Counted from the first letter of the stretch, positions 20,790 to 32,014 are shown. The stretch is DNA of 64,000 nt from an uncultured Clostridia bacterium (GCA_947624525.1 CANQKT010000001.1:26113-90112), one strand, 5' to 3'. The notes: a model not told the origin generated them from the sequence alone. A program made the numbers and translations.

Positions 20790-22730
20790 TCAAAAGATTT
20801 TTTTAATTACAGCGAACATACTATATAAACTAATGCAAAATACATTGCTCATTATTCCATATATGCTATCATTACTTCCTGTTTTGGGCAATTGCTTTTT
20901 GACTACTGTATGCTCAATTTTTTCTGGAATCTTTATTTTTTCATTTTCTATATGAACTTCTCTCACATTTCCATATGTTACGTCTACAACAATTTCTTCA
21001 TTTGAAAGTATGTATTCATTATCTGTTTCCACTTCGACTATTTTATACTTTCCAACAATGAGATTTTCAAAATTTAATTCTCCATTTTCATCTGTTTTTC
21101 CCTCTTGTATCACATTATTTTTTTCGTCTTTTAGTTGAAATTTTACATTTGCTAGTTTGATTTCTTTGTTATCTTTATCTGTTTTTATTATTTTTATGCC
21201 ACCTTTTTTTCTCTCGTTTTCAAACTGTATGGTCGTTATTTCATCTTCCTTTAATGTAACTGTTTCAGTCTTTTCATTTAATACATATGTATCTAGAGTT
21301 TTTACTTCCTGAACCTTATAATTTTGGTTTATTGGAAGTTTTTTACTAATTGCTTCACCATTTTTGTCTGTTTTTAAAGACTCAACCTCTTTTCCTTTTT
21401 CATCATATATTTTAAATTCAACTCCTGGTATTCTAATCTTATTATTATCTTTATCAATTTTTATGACTTTGATGCTTCCTCTTTTTAACTCGTTTTCTAT
21501 TTTTATTTCTTTAGCTTCATTATACTTTAATTCTACTTTTGTTTCATTTGTATTTAATTTATAATTTCCTATAGTAGCAATTTCCTTTATTGTTAATGTC
21601 CCTGGTCTTTGGTTAGTTACCATTATTTTTCCATTTTTATCTGTTACAAATGTGTTGACTGTACCTTCTGTAGATGTTATTTGAAACTTTACTCCTTGTA
21701 TTGGATTTTGTGTGTCCTTATCTACTTTTAAGATTGTTAATTTTGACTTATTAGTTTCTACATAAATTTCTGATTGTGCATTAACTTCCGAATATGAATT
21801 ATTACATAAAGCATAATCTTGAAAGCCCTCTATTGATGATGCTCCAAAATATATTGGATAATTTTTTTGTTTTGCTCTTATTGTAACTTTACCTTTTATG
21901 TCTTTTGAAATACTATTTTTAGGAATCATTATTTTAAATTTTTCTCCACCTCTAAAACTTTGCTTTTCTTTTCCGCTCTCATCTGATACATAGGAACCTT
22001 GTGGTAATCCCTCTATTTTGTCAATTATATATTCCGATATTTCTGAAGCTGATTCTACTATAAAGGTTTGAGAGTAAAAATTGTTGCTATCTTCTTTACT
22101 TTCTGATGTACTCTTAATTGAAATATTTAAAAATTGATTTCTTGTTTCTGTTCCATTTAGTCCAATATCAATTAAATTAAACATTGCATTTAAGGTTTTT
22201 TCTCCTCTTCTTTGTATATCCCCTAAATTCTCACCATTAATGGGAAATTTTCCAACACTATATAACTCTTTTGCTTGAGCTAATGTATATCCTCTTAAGA
22301 TAGAATTTATGGCTTGCATTGTAGCAAAGTAAGCATCATCTGCAGTTTCTACACCAAGATCTGATATTGATTTAGTTGGGTAACCATTTTTAAGTACTCT
22401 CCAAATCACATCATTATTCAATAATTCTGTTATTTTTACTGGATATGTATCTTTCTCTCCAGATACATATCCAACACCTGGCAACCCTGGATCTAAGCAG
22501 TATGCTATATATCTCTGTCCATCAGTGTCTGTATAAAAGGTTTGATTATATGTTAAATATATCCATCTACCTCCATTCCATTTTTGTACACAATAATATC
22601 CTTTTTCTCCTCTTTCTAAATTTTTTGTTTCACCTATATTAGCAGCATTTACTGATGTTAACACTGAAAATAATTGCATTATTAACATTACTAATGCTAC
22701 CAAAATCCCTAAAATTTTAAATTTTTTCAT
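20790..22730 (-). CDS. LPXTG cell-wall-anchored surface protein: N-terminal domain with a YCLDPG (possible thioester) motif plus three Cna-B/isopeptide-type repeats
   Basis: Signal peptide, three roughly 80-aa repeats (IKIIK.DKDN..L..V.F.L.D...GEL.F.NL..G.Y...E) and a C-terminal LPKTG sorting signal with a TM and basic tail. Confidence 0.7.
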   Translation of the reverse strand: MKKFKILGILVALVMLIMQLFSVLTSVNAANIGETKNLERGEKGYYCVQKWNGGRWIYLTYNQTFYTDTDGQRYIAYCLDPGLPGVGYVSGEKDTYPVKITELLNNDVIWRVLKNGYPTKSISDLGVETADDAYFATMQAINSILRGYTLAQAKELYSVGKFPINGENLGDIQRRGEKTLNAMFNLIDIGLNGTETRNQFLNISIKSTSESKEDSNNFYSQTFIVESASEISEYIIDKIEGLPQGSYVSDESGKEKQSFRGGEKFKIMIPKNSISKDIKGKVTIRAKQKNYPIYFGASSIEGFQDYALCNNSYSEVNAQSEIYVETNKSKLTILKVDKDTQNPIQGVKFQITSTEGTVNTFVTDKNGKIMVTNQRPGTLTIKEIATIGNYKLNTNETKVELKYNEAKEIKIENELKRGSIKVIKIDKDNNKIRIPGVEFKIYDEKGKEVESLKTDKNGEAISKKLPINQNYKVQEVKTLDTYVLNEKTETVTLKEDEITTIQFENERKKGGIKIIKTDKDNKEIKLANVKFQLKDEKNNVIQEGKTDENGELNFENLIVGKYKIVEVETDNEYILSNEEIVVDVTYGNVREVHIENEKIKIPEKIEHTVVKKQLPKTGSNDSIYGIMSNVFCISLYSMFAVIKKIF

Positions 22731-22788
22731 TAATTTTACATCCTTTCTCATTAATATATCTGTAAATTTGTTCAAAACATTACATTTT

Positions 22789-23469
22789 TTATAATTCAAT
22801 TCCTCTAACACATAGCCTAGCATTAGGTTTACCATTTATACATGTTATTAGTGTTATTGTATTTTTCTCATTTGTTCCCTGATTTTTGTTTTTCAAAACC
22901 ATAGACCAGTCTGTACTTTCTATTTGTTTTATACTTTCAACTTTATATTTCTTAGTTCCTAATTTGGTAGTATATTCAATCTCATCAGCTATATTAAGAG
23001 TATTTATTTTTTCAAAATAATGGGCACTTGTCCCACTATTATGAGATGCTAAAGACACATTTCCATTCCAATAATCACTTTCTGTAAAATGTCCAATTGA
23101 AGTTCTCATAACTTCTTGTGATGTACCTTCTTTTATTGGAGCTTCTACTTGCAGTTTTGGAATTTTTAAAACTCCTATAATTCCCATATTGTCAGTAGTT
23201 TTTAATACATCCTCATTTGAAACTTGACATATGCTTTCTGGTAAAGTTGCATTATTATTCACAAGCTTTTCAACAAATTTATTATGCATTAATATATTTG
23301 AGTTATTTATATTACTATCATCTTCCATTAGTGAATACGCCATGTCTAAGATTTTTTCTGATTCTTTCATGTTTTTGCTATAGGTTAATTTACACAAATT
23401 TAACTCTAAAAAACATATACTAATACATAGTATAATTCCAACTAAAATAGTAATTGCAAATTTTTTCAA
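22789..23469 (-). CDS. Sortase (class B/C-like) adjacent to the LPXTG substrate
   Basis: N-terminal TM, sortase beta-barrel core with the TLITC active-site motif and a conserved Arg near the C-terminus. Confidence 0.7.
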   Translation of the reverse strand: MKKFAITILVGIILCISICFLELNLCKLTYSKNMKESEKILDMAYSLMEDDSNINNSNILMHNKFVEKLVNNNATLPESICQVSNEDVLKTTDNMGIIGVLKIPKLQVEAPIKEGTSQEVMRTSIGHFTESDYWNGNVSLASHNSGTSAHYFEKINTLNIADEIEYTTKLGTKKYKVESIKQIESTDWSMVLKNKNQGTNEKNTITLITCINGKPNARLCVRGIEL

Positions 23470-23763
23470 ATGTCACCTCCTAAGTTAAATATGAATTTTT
23501 AATTTTGGAAATTTTTAATAAGAGATTTTCCTAAAATAAAACTTATTTATTGATTAAATCTTTTTGAATTTTGAATTTGTAATATAATTTTATTGACTAA
23601 AAATGTTCAACAAATAATATTCAAGCATTTTTTAAAAAATCTATATAGATATTTAATACATTTATAATAACACGCAAAAAAAATATAGTCAAGCAAAATC
23701 GTTCGACTCTGCTCGACATTTTTCGCATATATTTTAATTTATTTCCGTTGTGTACTCACACCT

Positions 23764-24993
23764 CTATTTTTTTCTCCTAAGAATCCATCCTTCCTGACAT
23801 CTTATAGGTAACCTCATTTTTACGCCTTGCCCAGCTACACCAGGATTAATATGATCGATTTTCTCATCAGTCTCCTCGTCCCACAATTGCTCTATTTTAA
23901 AAGTAATCGTCTCAATCTGTCCAGGCACAATAATTTCCATCTCATCTCCAATTTTTAATTTATTCTTAATCTCAATCAAACTCTTTTCCTCATCATATTG
24001 TAGCACAATCCCACCAAACTCATAATTAGCATTATACTGTTTACCCTCATATTCTTGGAAATCTTTATTATTTCTATCATTAAAATAAAAAGTAGTTAGA
24101 CTTCTGGTTTTTGTTTTTTCTAATTCATTCATATATTTGGAATAATCATAATTTTCTGGATCAGCCATATAATCATCTATTGCATTTCTATAAGCATTTA
24201 CAACAGAGGCTAAATAATAACTAGTTTTCAATCTACCTTCTATTTTCAAGCTATCTACTCCCATTTCAATAATTTCTGGGATTTCTTTAATTAAGCATAA
24301 GTCTTTAGAAGAAAAAATATATGTACCTTTATCATCAGCTTCAACAGGCATCAACTCTCCTGGATTATTATGTTCCTCAACGTACAAATTATAGGCCCAT
24401 CTACAACTTTGAGCACAATCACCTAAATTTGCACTTCTTCCCGCAAGAAAATCGCTTAAAAAACATCTTCCAGAATATCCAAAACAAATTGCACCATGTA
24501 CAAAAATTTCAGTTTCCAATTTGCTTGGAGTATTATCTATAATTTCTTTAATTTGACTCTTATGCAACTCTCTTGCTAAAATAACTCTTTCTGCACCATT
24601 TTTATACCAAAAATTTGCGGTATGGCTACTTACTATATTAGCCTGTGTGCTAATATGGATGGGGATATTAGGAGCAACTTCTTTTATTGCTTCAACAACT
24701 CCTCCATCAGCTACTATCACGGCATCAACACTTAATTCCTGCAATATTCTGGCTTGTTTTTTTATTTCCTCATAACTATCATCCCATGCGTAAATATTTA
24801 TTGCTGTATAAACCTTTTTTCCAATTGAATGAGCATATTTAATTGTTTTTACTAAATCATCATCCTCCATTTCGGCTCTTGTTCGTAAAGACAAAGCAGA
24901 TGTTCCAGCATATACTGCATCTGCGCCATACAAAAACGCAATTTTTGCCTTCTCAAAAGAACCTGCTGGAGCTAATAATTCTGGTTTTTTCAT
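23764..24993 (-). CDS. U32-family peptidase (collagenase-like PrtC family)
   Basis: The N-terminal MKKPELLAPAGSFEKAKIAFLYGADAVY is typical of U32 peptidases; 409 aa. Confidence 0.8.
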   Translation of the reverse strand: MKKPELLAPAGSFEKAKIAFLYGADAVYAGTSALSLRTRAEMEDDDLVKTIKYAHSIGKKVYTAINIYAWDDSYEEIKKQARILQELSVDAVIVADGGVVEAIKEVAPNIPIHISTQANIVSSHTANFWYKNGAERVILARELHKSQIKEIIDNTPSKLETEIFVHGAICFGYSGRCFLSDFLAGRSANLGDCAQSCRWAYNLYVEEHNNPGELMPVEADDKGTYIFSSKDLCLIKEIPEIIEMGVDSLKIEGRLKTSYYLASVVNAYRNAIDDYMADPENYDYSKYMNELEKTKTRSLTTFYFNDRNNKDFQEYEGKQYNANYEFGGIVLQYDEEKSLIEIKNKLKIGDEMEIIVPGQIETITFKIEQLWDEETDEKIDHINPGVAGQGVKMRLPIRCQEGWILRRKK

Positions 24994-25227
24994 TTCTTTA
25001 ATTCCTTTCTACAATTTTTTCTAAACTATAACTCCTATTATACACCCTATCTCCCATTCTGTTCAATACCTTTCTTCATACATTACTATATATAAAAATT
25101 TATGTAACTACGAAATTCTCTCCCTATAAAAGCATAAATTTTCCATATTTACAATTTACAAATAATATTATATACTTATCTAAAAAGAAATAGTCATAAA
25201 TAATAAACAATAAAATTGGAGGAATAT

Positions 25228-25789
25228 ATGGAAAATAATATTTTACTAAATAAACCATCAAAATTAATGAAACTCACACCACATGTGTTTTGTTTTTTCA
25301 TATTTTCATTTTTTGGATGGGTGCTTGAAACTATATTTTGCTACTGCTTATACGGTGAAATAATAGAAAGAGGCTTTTTAAATGCTCCTATCTGTCCAAT
25401 ATACCGGTACAGGTGCACTTATATTAACAGTCTACTTAGATCATAGTAATAATAAAAATGATTATATAAAATTATTCATTTTATTTACAATTATATTTTC
25501 ATTTTTCGAATACTTGGTTGGCTTTACCTTAGAATGCTTATTTGCAGAAACATGGTGGGATTATTCATACAGCAAATACAATTTATCAGGAAGAATAACT
25601 GCATTAAACTCTTTTTTATGGGGTGTAATTACAGTAATATTTGCACGTTTTATTTACCCATTAATACAAAAATTTAGGGAAAAAGTTATATATAAAATAC
25701 CATATACTGTTCAAATTGTATTAGCAATACTCCTTATTTCTGGTATTTTAGTAGACTTTATCTTATCATGTATCAAATATTTAAGCTAA
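25228..25789 (+). CDS. Polytopic membrane protein (putative ABC-transporter type-IV-like family), interrupted by a single-nucleotide insertion at 25405 (TAC-C-GGT)
   Basis: Two overlapping + strand ORFs (25216-25446 and 25382-25789) join after removing one C, giving ...NAPICPIY-G-TGALILTVYLDHSNN... The ATG at 25228 follows a GGAGGA RBS. The family call is weak. Confidence 0.5.
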
Positions 25790-25869
25790 AAGTTCTTTAT
25801 TTTTATGATTAACACTTGAAGCTAAAGAATGTTATAATTTTACATTATAACATTCTTTAGCTTCAAGTG

Positions 25870-26466
25870 TTAATCCACTGCTTTCTTATAGCTAATAGCT
25901 AGTCCATCTCCTACCTCTAGAATTTGTGTATCTAAATTAGAATCCTCATTAACTCTAGCTATGTATTCTCTTAAATTTCTAACAGCAGTACGTTGTTTAT
26001 GCTTATTATAATCACTCATAACATAGCCTTTATATAAAACATTATCAGCTATTATAACACCATTATTTTCTAACATACGTAAAGCTTGTTCTAGGAAGAA
26101 TGGATATTTACCCTTTGCTGCATCTATAAATACAACGTCATATTTTTTATCTAATGTTGGTAAAATATCCACCGCATCCCCCTCATAAAGATTTATCTTG
26201 TCTTGTACTCCAACCTTAACAAAGTTTTGCTTTGCCTCTTCTATTCTTTCTTCATCTCTTTCTATTGTGTCAATGCTTCCTCCCTCTTGTAAATATTCTG
26301 AAAAGCACATTGCTGAATATCCTACTGCTGTACCAATTTCAAGAAGCTTTTTAGGCTTTATCTTTGTTAAAATCTTTACTATTACTTCTAATGTGTCATC
26401 CATTATTATTGGAATATGATTTTGTATTGCTCTTTCTTTTATAATCATTAATTCTTCTTTATTCAT
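25870..26466 (-). CDS. Class I SAM-dependent O-methyltransferase (YrrM/caffeoyl-CoA OMT-like)
   Basis: Motif I (LEIGTAVGYSA) and Asp-containing motifs; 198 aa. Confidence 0.7.
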   Translation of the reverse strand: MNKEELMIIKERAIQNHIPIIMDDTLEVIVKILTKIKPKKLLEIGTAVGYSAMCFSEYLQEGGSIDTIERDEERIEEAKQNFVKVGVQDKINLYEGDAVDILPTLDKKYDVVFIDAAKGKYPFFLEQALRMLENNGVIIADNVLYKGYVMSDYNKHKQRTAVRNLREYIARVNEDSNLDTQILEVGDGLAISYKKAVD

Positions 26467-26536
26467 ATTATCATCCTTCTATTATATTGTTAATAATTAT
26501 GTAAAACTACTGACACATAGTTTGTTTAAACATTTG

Positions 26537-26677
26537 CTATTCCTCAACTTTCTTAAACATGTCTTTACCAACTCCACATAATGGGCATACCCAATCAGCT
26601 GGTAAATCTTCAAATTTTACACCTTCAACTTCCTCATCATAAATATAACCGCAAACTGTACATTCGTATTTTGCCAT
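26537..26677 (-). CDS. rd: Rubredoxin (46 aa)
   Basis: Not in the ORF track because it is under 60 aa. Translation [46 protein letters not shown] has both CxxCG rubredoxin motifs and a GGAGGA RBS. Confidence 0.8.
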   Translation of the reverse strand: MAKYECTVCGYIYDEEVEGVKFEDLPADWVCPLCGVGKDMFKKVEE

Positions 26678-26777
26678 AATAAATTCCTCCTTTTATAATA
26701 TACTTAAGGTTTAAAGTTAACCTTAAAACTTTATATTATGTCACTTGCGTGATATAATTTTATAATTTTTTTGAGGT

Positions 26778-27944
26778 TTAACTTAAAATATTTTCTGCTA
26801 ACTCCTCAAAACTACTAATAGTCACATCATTCATTTTAGTTCTAATAGTGACTATAGGTTCGCAAATTTCAATATTTTTCATTTCATCAATGATACTTTT
26901 CATACACTTTGCTGCAGTGGGTGCCCATGTACCATTTTCTACTATTCCTATCTTTCTATTTTGATAATCTTTACTTTTTAATTGATGCAAAAAATTTCTC
27001 ATTGGTGGAAATACATCGAAATTATAACTAGATGCTGCAATTATCATTTTATCATATCTAAAAGCATCTTCAATTGCTTCTGCAAAATCGTCTGTTACCA
27101 AGTCAGTCAATACAACTTTTTTTGCTCCTTTTTGTTTTAATATTTCCCCTAGTCTTTCAGCAGCTTTTTTTGTATTTCCATGTATTGATGAATATGCAAT
27201 AAAAACACCATCATCTTCTGGCTTATAGCTACTCCATATATCATATTTTCCAATATAAAATTCTAGATTTTCTTTCAATATTGGTCCATGTAATGGGCAT
27301 ATTATTTTTACGTCTATTGTGGCTAATTTTTTCAATAATGCCTGTACTTGCATTCCATATTTTCCAACTATGTTAAAATAATATCTACGAGCTTCACAGG
27401 TCCAATCTTCATTTGTATCTAAGGTTCCAAATTTTCCAAAACCATCTGCTGTAAATAATACTTTTTCAGTTTGTTCATATGTAACCATAACCTCTGGCCA
27501 ATGAACCATTGGTGCCATGAAAAATTGTAAAGTGTGTTTTCCTATATTTAAAGTATCTGCTTCATTAACCACAACTTTTCTTTCTTCTATATCTCCTATT
27601 TCAAAAAACTGAGGTAAAAAAGCAAAGGTTTTTAAATTCCCCACTATCTTCATTTCTGGATACTTATCAGCCAATAACTTAATATTTGCAGAATGATCAG
27701 GTTCTAGATGCGAAATGACCAAATAGTCTGGCTTCCTTCCATCTAATTCTTCCTCCAAGTTTTTTACCCATTGTTGTGTTGCTCTTTCATCTACAGTATC
27801 CATAACAACTACTTTTTCATCCTTTATTAAGTATGAATTATAAGACATTCCGTTTGGTACAACATACTGACCTTCAAATAGTCTGATATCTTTGTCATCA
27901 ACACCTATATATTTTATTGCTTCAGATATCTCTATATCTTTCAT
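26778..27944 (-). CDS. Flavodiiron protein (FprA-type: MBL diiron domain plus flavodoxin domain)
   Basis: HLEPDHSAN diiron ligand motif followed by a C-terminal flavodoxin-like domain. Adjacent to rubredoxin. Confidence 0.8.
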   Translation of the reverse strand: MKDIEISEAIKYIGVDDKDIRLFEGQYVVPNGMSYNSYLIKDEKVVVMDTVDERATQQWVKNLEEELDGRKPDYLVISHLEPDHSANIKLLADKYPEMKIVGNLKTFAFLPQFFEIGDIEERKVVVNEADTLNIGKHTLQFFMAPMVHWPEVMVTYEQTEKVLFTADGFGKFGTLDTNEDWTCEARRYYFNIVGKYGMQVQALLKKLATIDVKIICPLHGPILKENLEFYIGKYDIWSSYKPEDDGVFIAYSSIHGNTKKAAERLGEILKQKGAKKVVLTDLVTDDFAEAIEDAFRYDKMIIAASSYNFDVFPPMRNFLHQLKSKDYQNRKIGIVENGTWAPTAAKCMKSIIDEMKNIEICEPIVTIRTKMNDVTISSFEELAENILS

Positions 27945-27994
27945 AAATAATTACCTCCTATCTTATTTCACTTGCATTATACCAAATGCCCATT

Positions 27995-28750
27995 TCATGT
28001 ATTTCTACTTTTAGACATTTTACTGCAAGCTCCAAGCTTTAAAACTCCATACACAATTACAAATGGTACTATCATCTGTATTACAACCATTAAAGGTGTA
28101 AATAGCTTTCCTGCCCAATGATATAAAACTGAAATAGGCATTCCCGGAAAATCTTGTGATATGAACATTAAATTACTTCCAGAAATTGAATTGACAATAT
28201 ATGCTAGAACACAAACTAACAAAATTAGGCTAGCATAGTATTTCAAATCCGACATTTTAAGTTTTATATACTTAAATTTATTTATAATAATCCCTAAATA
28301 AACCATAATTCCATGGAAAGAGAAACTGTGTAGGCTAATAAAGTGTAGCATTGGATACTCTGGCAATGAGGTGGTTGGAAATATAAGAAAAACCAAGCCA
28401 CCAACAATTCCTCCTGTTGCTAAAAATACATCTCCTATTTTTTGGACTACACCTTTTCCAAACGAGCTAAAAGCACCCGCATATAACAATATACTACAGT
28501 AATATAATGGCACAACTTTGTTCAGATTTTTTCCTTGTCCAATGGAAATAGTATATATAATTTTAATTATTTCTAAAATCCATATTACTATTGTTAAATT
28601 TCTAATTATTTTTTTGATATCTTCTCTTTTCTCAACTTTTGTTTTTTTAACAGCTAATGCTATGCCTGCAATTGTAATTAAAAACAAAATCAAGTGTTTA
28701 ATATTGAATAAACCACATGGTTTATATGTTCCTGGTTTTGATAAAAACAT
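27995..28750 (-). CDS. Hypothetical integral membrane protein (about 7 TM)
   Basis: Hydrophobic throughout with no recognisable catalytic motif. Confidence 0.4.
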   Translation of the reverse strand: MFLSKPGTYKPCGLFNIKHLILFLITIAGIALAVKKTKVEKREDIKKIIRNLTIVIWILEIIKIIYTISIGQGKNLNKVVPLYYCSILLYAGAFSSFGKGVVQKIGDVFLATGGIVGGLVFLIFPTTSLPEYPMLHFISLHSFSFHGIMVYLGIIINKFKYIKLKMSDLKYYASLILLVCVLAYIVNSISGSNLMFISQDFPGMPISVLYHWAGKLFTPLMVVIQMIVPFVIVYGVLKLGACSKMSKSRNT

Positions 28751-28759
28751 TTTTTCTCC

Positions 28760-30580
28760 CTACTGAGCCGCATTTCTACGAGCTTCTCTTTCTCTTGTTT
28801 TACTATCTAAAATAACTTTACGTAATCTAATATTTAAAGGTGTTACTTCAACCAACTCATCCTCTGCAATAAATTCAATTGCTTTTTCTAATGAAAATTG
28901 TAATGGTGGTACCAAACGAAGAGCATCATCAGAACCTGAAGCTCTAGTATTTGTTAAATGTTTTTCTTTACATACATTTATTGCTATATCTTCATTTCTT
29001 GAATTTATACCAACTATCATACCTTCATAAACCTCAACACCAGGTCCTATTAATAACTCTCCTCTTTCTTGAGCATTATATAATCCATAGGTTACAGATG
29101 TACCTGGCTCAAATGCTACTAAAACACCTCTTGTTCTTGATAAAATTTCACCTTTATATGCCTCATAACCTTCAAAAAGACTATTCATTGTTCCTTCACC
29201 TTTTGTGTCTGTTAAGAATTCTGTTCTATAGCCAATTAAACCACGTGCTGGAATTTTAAACTCTATTTTTGTGTGTCCTACTTCAGCTGGTTCCATGTTT
29301 ATCATTTCAGCCTTACGTCTTCCTAACTTCTCAATTACTGTTCCTATTGAATCATCTGGTACATTAACAACCAATCTTTCTATTGGTTCACATTTGACAC
29401 CATCTATTTCTTTTATAATAACTTTTGGGCGAGAAACTAGTAATTCGAAACCTTCTCTTCTCATTGTTTCAATCAATACTGACAAATGTAATTCACCACG
29501 ACCACAAACCTCAAAACTGTCTGGTGAGTCCGTTTCTTTTACACGCAAACTTACATTTCTTTCTAGCTCTTTAAATAATCTATCTCTAATATGTCTTGAT
29601 GTAATATATTGCCCTTCTTTTCCTGCTAAAGGTCCATTATTTACACTAAATGTCATAGAAACTGTTGGTTCATCTATATCTACAAATGGTATCTTATCTG
29701 GATTGTTTATATCACAAATTGTATCACCTATATTTATGTCCGCAATTCCTGATAAAGCAACTATGTCACCTGCTTGTGCTTCATCAACTTCTACCTTTTT
29801 TAATCCAACATATGTAAACAATTTTGCGATTTTTCCTTGTACATTTTTATCTTGTTTACAAATAGAAATTGGCATACCATTTTTTATAGTTCCTCTTTCA
29901 ATTCTTCCAACAGCTATTCTACCCAAATAATCATCATAATCAATGTTTGAAACCAATAATTGAGCTGTTCCATCCATATCACATTTTGGTGGTTCAATTG
30001 TATTAATAATTGTATCAAATATACAATGAACATTATCACTTTCATCCTCTAAATGCATTTTTGCTATACCATTTTTAGCAGAAGCATAAATAACAGGGAA
30101 ATCTAATTGTTCATCACTTGCATCTAGCTCTATAAATAATTCCAAAACTTGATCTACAACTTTTAATGGATTTGCACCGGGTCTATCTATTTTGTTTATT
30201 ACGACTATTGGTTTCAAATTAGCAGCTAAAGATTTCTTCAAAACCTCTCGTGTTTGAGGCATTGGTCCTTCAAATGCATCAACTAATAGTAAAACACCAT
30301 CTACAGTTCTTAAAACCCTTTCCACCTCTCCTCCAAAGTCAGCATGTCCTGGAGTATCTACTATATTAATTTTTATTCCATTATACATAACTGATGTGTT
30401 TTTAGATAGAATTGTAATTCCTCTTTCTTTTTCCAAATCATTTGAATCCATTACTCTTTCAGCAACTTGTTCATTTTCTCTAAATATATGGCTTTGTCTT
30501 AATAATGCATCTACTAATGTTGTTTTTCCATGATCAACGTGTGCAATTATTGCAATGTTTCTTATTTTTTCGTTATTCAT
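28760..30580 (-). CDS. typA: Translational GTPase TypA/BipA
   Basis: G1-G4 motifs (AHVDHGKTT, DTPGH, NKID) and BipA C-terminal domain; 606 aa. Confidence 0.9.
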   Translation of the reverse strand: MNNEKIRNIAIIAHVDHGKTTLVDALLRQSHIFRENEQVAERVMDSNDLEKERGITILSKNTSVMYNGIKINIVDTPGHADFGGEVERVLRTVDGVLLLVDAFEGPMPQTREVLKKSLAANLKPIVVINKIDRPGANPLKVVDQVLELFIELDASDEQLDFPVIYASAKNGIAKMHLEDESDNVHCIFDTIINTIEPPKCDMDGTAQLLVSNIDYDDYLGRIAVGRIERGTIKNGMPISICKQDKNVQGKIAKLFTYVGLKKVEVDEAQAGDIVALSGIADINIGDTICDINNPDKIPFVDIDEPTVSMTFSVNNGPLAGKEGQYITSRHIRDRLFKELERNVSLRVKETDSPDSFEVCGRGELHLSVLIETMRREGFELLVSRPKVIIKEIDGVKCEPIERLVVNVPDDSIGTVIEKLGRRKAEMINMEPAEVGHTKIEFKIPARGLIGYRTEFLTDTKGEGTMNSLFEGYEAYKGEILSRTRGVLVAFEPGTSVTYGLYNAQERGELLIGPGVEVYEGMIVGINSRNEDIAINVCKEKHLTNTRASGSDDALRLVPPLQFSLEKAIEFIAEDELVEVTPLNIRLRKVILDSKTREREARRNAAQ

Positions 30581-30722
30581 CTTAAAATCTATCCTTTCCC
30601 TTTTTATTTACATTTTAAATTTTTATTTCATAGCAGGCCAATTACAAATAATAACAGAACATATCTCTAAGCATTACATTAGCCAAGCATTGATTATTAA
30701 TATCAATAACTTGGCAATATTT

Positions 30723-31943
30723 TTATTCTTCAACATCTATTTTATTTTTTTCAGAAACTTCTTCTGAATTAACAGTTACATTTTCTAAATTATTTTCCCT
30801 TTCAACATCAGAATTATTATTTGCTTCTTCTATAAACTCATTTGATGTTCCTTCTAACTCTCTTATAGAAAGTTCAACTTTTTTATTTTCTAAATCAATA
30901 TTTATTATTTTAGCATTAACCTTTTGTCCGACTTTTAGTACTTCCTCTGGTTTACTAATTCTTTTTTCACTTATTTGAGAAATATGTACTAGTCCTTCAA
31001 TACCTTTATCTATTTTTACAAATGCTCCAAAAGGCATTAAGTTAGCTACTTTCACAGTAACTATATCATTAACTTTGTATTTTTCACCAAATACGTCCCA
31101 TGGATTTGCACCTTTTTTGTCGTACTCTAATTTCAATCTTTTATTTTCTTTGTCAAATTCTAAAATTTTTACTTTTATTTCTTGTCCAACCTGTACAATA
31201 TCACTTGGCTTTTTATCTCTTTCCCATGTCATTCCTGATATGTGCAACAAACCTTGAATTCCATTAATATCTACAAAAGCCCCATAGGAACTCAAACTTG
31301 TTACTGTTCCTTTATACATTTTTCCTACTTCTACATTATTCCAAAATTCATTTTCTCTTGCTTGTTTTTCTTCATCCAATAATATTTTTATTGAACCTAT
31401 AACTTTTCTAGCTGCTTCATCATATTCAATTACTCTAAAGGTAACTTCTTTTCCTTTATAGTCTTCTGTTTTTTTATCTCTTGGTATGGCTGATTGAGAT
31501 AAAGGAATAAATATCCTTATACCCCTATAGTCAACTATTAAACCATTATCATTTACAGATGTTACTTTCTCAGTAAATATACAGTTATTTTTTACTTTGC
31601 TTTCAAATTCTTGTTTAATAATTTTTGAATTAGCTTTTTTTGATGACAAAAGCACATTTCCTAAACCATCATTTAATTTTAGTACATCAGCTGTTATTCT
31701 ATCTCCTACCTTATATAATTTCTTTGGATCATCATCTTCATTATAAGAAAATTCTGTTCTTGGAATAATTCCATCTGCTTTGTATCCTAGGTCTACAAAT
31801 ATCTCACCCTGCTCATTAATATCAACTATATTCCCAGTTACAGTTTGACCTACTTTAATCTCTTTTAATGTTTGATTTAATAATTCTTCAAAACTCATAT
31901 TTTCCATTATATCTATTCCTTTCGGTTTACCTAATATAGGCAT
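30723..31943 (-). CDS. rpsA: 30S ribosomal protein S1 (four S1 domains)
   Basis: Repeated S1 OB-fold modules (G..V.G.V..I...G.FV.L); 406 aa. Confidence 0.85.
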   Translation of the reverse strand: MPILGKPKGIDIMENMSFEELLNQTLKEIKVGQTVTGNIVDINEQGEIFVDLGYKADGIIPRTEFSYNEDDDPKKLYKVGDRITADVLKLNDGLGNVLLSSKKANSKIIKQEFESKVKNNCIFTEKVTSVNDNGLIVDYRGIRIFIPLSQSAIPRDKKTEDYKGKEVTFRVIEYDEAARKVIGSIKILLDEEKQARENEFWNNVEVGKMYKGTVTSLSSYGAFVDINGIQGLLHISGMTWERDKKPSDIVQVGQEIKVKILEFDKENKRLKLEYDKKGANPWDVFGEKYKVNDIVTVKVANLMPFGAFVKIDKGIEGLVHISQISEKRISKPEEVLKVGQKVNAKIINIDLENKKVELSIRELEGTSNEFIEEANNNSDVERENNLENVTVNSEEVSEKNKIDVEE

Positions 31944-32014
31944 ATTTTATTATAAAATTTTTGTTCTAGTTTTATTTTTAGTAATATCCCTCTCTAACAT
32001 TTTTTTATTATATA

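Noticed and set aside
29271-29930. 219-aa ORF antisense to typA
   Set aside because: TypA is unambiguous on the opposite strand. The antisense ORF has no RBS and a biased composition.
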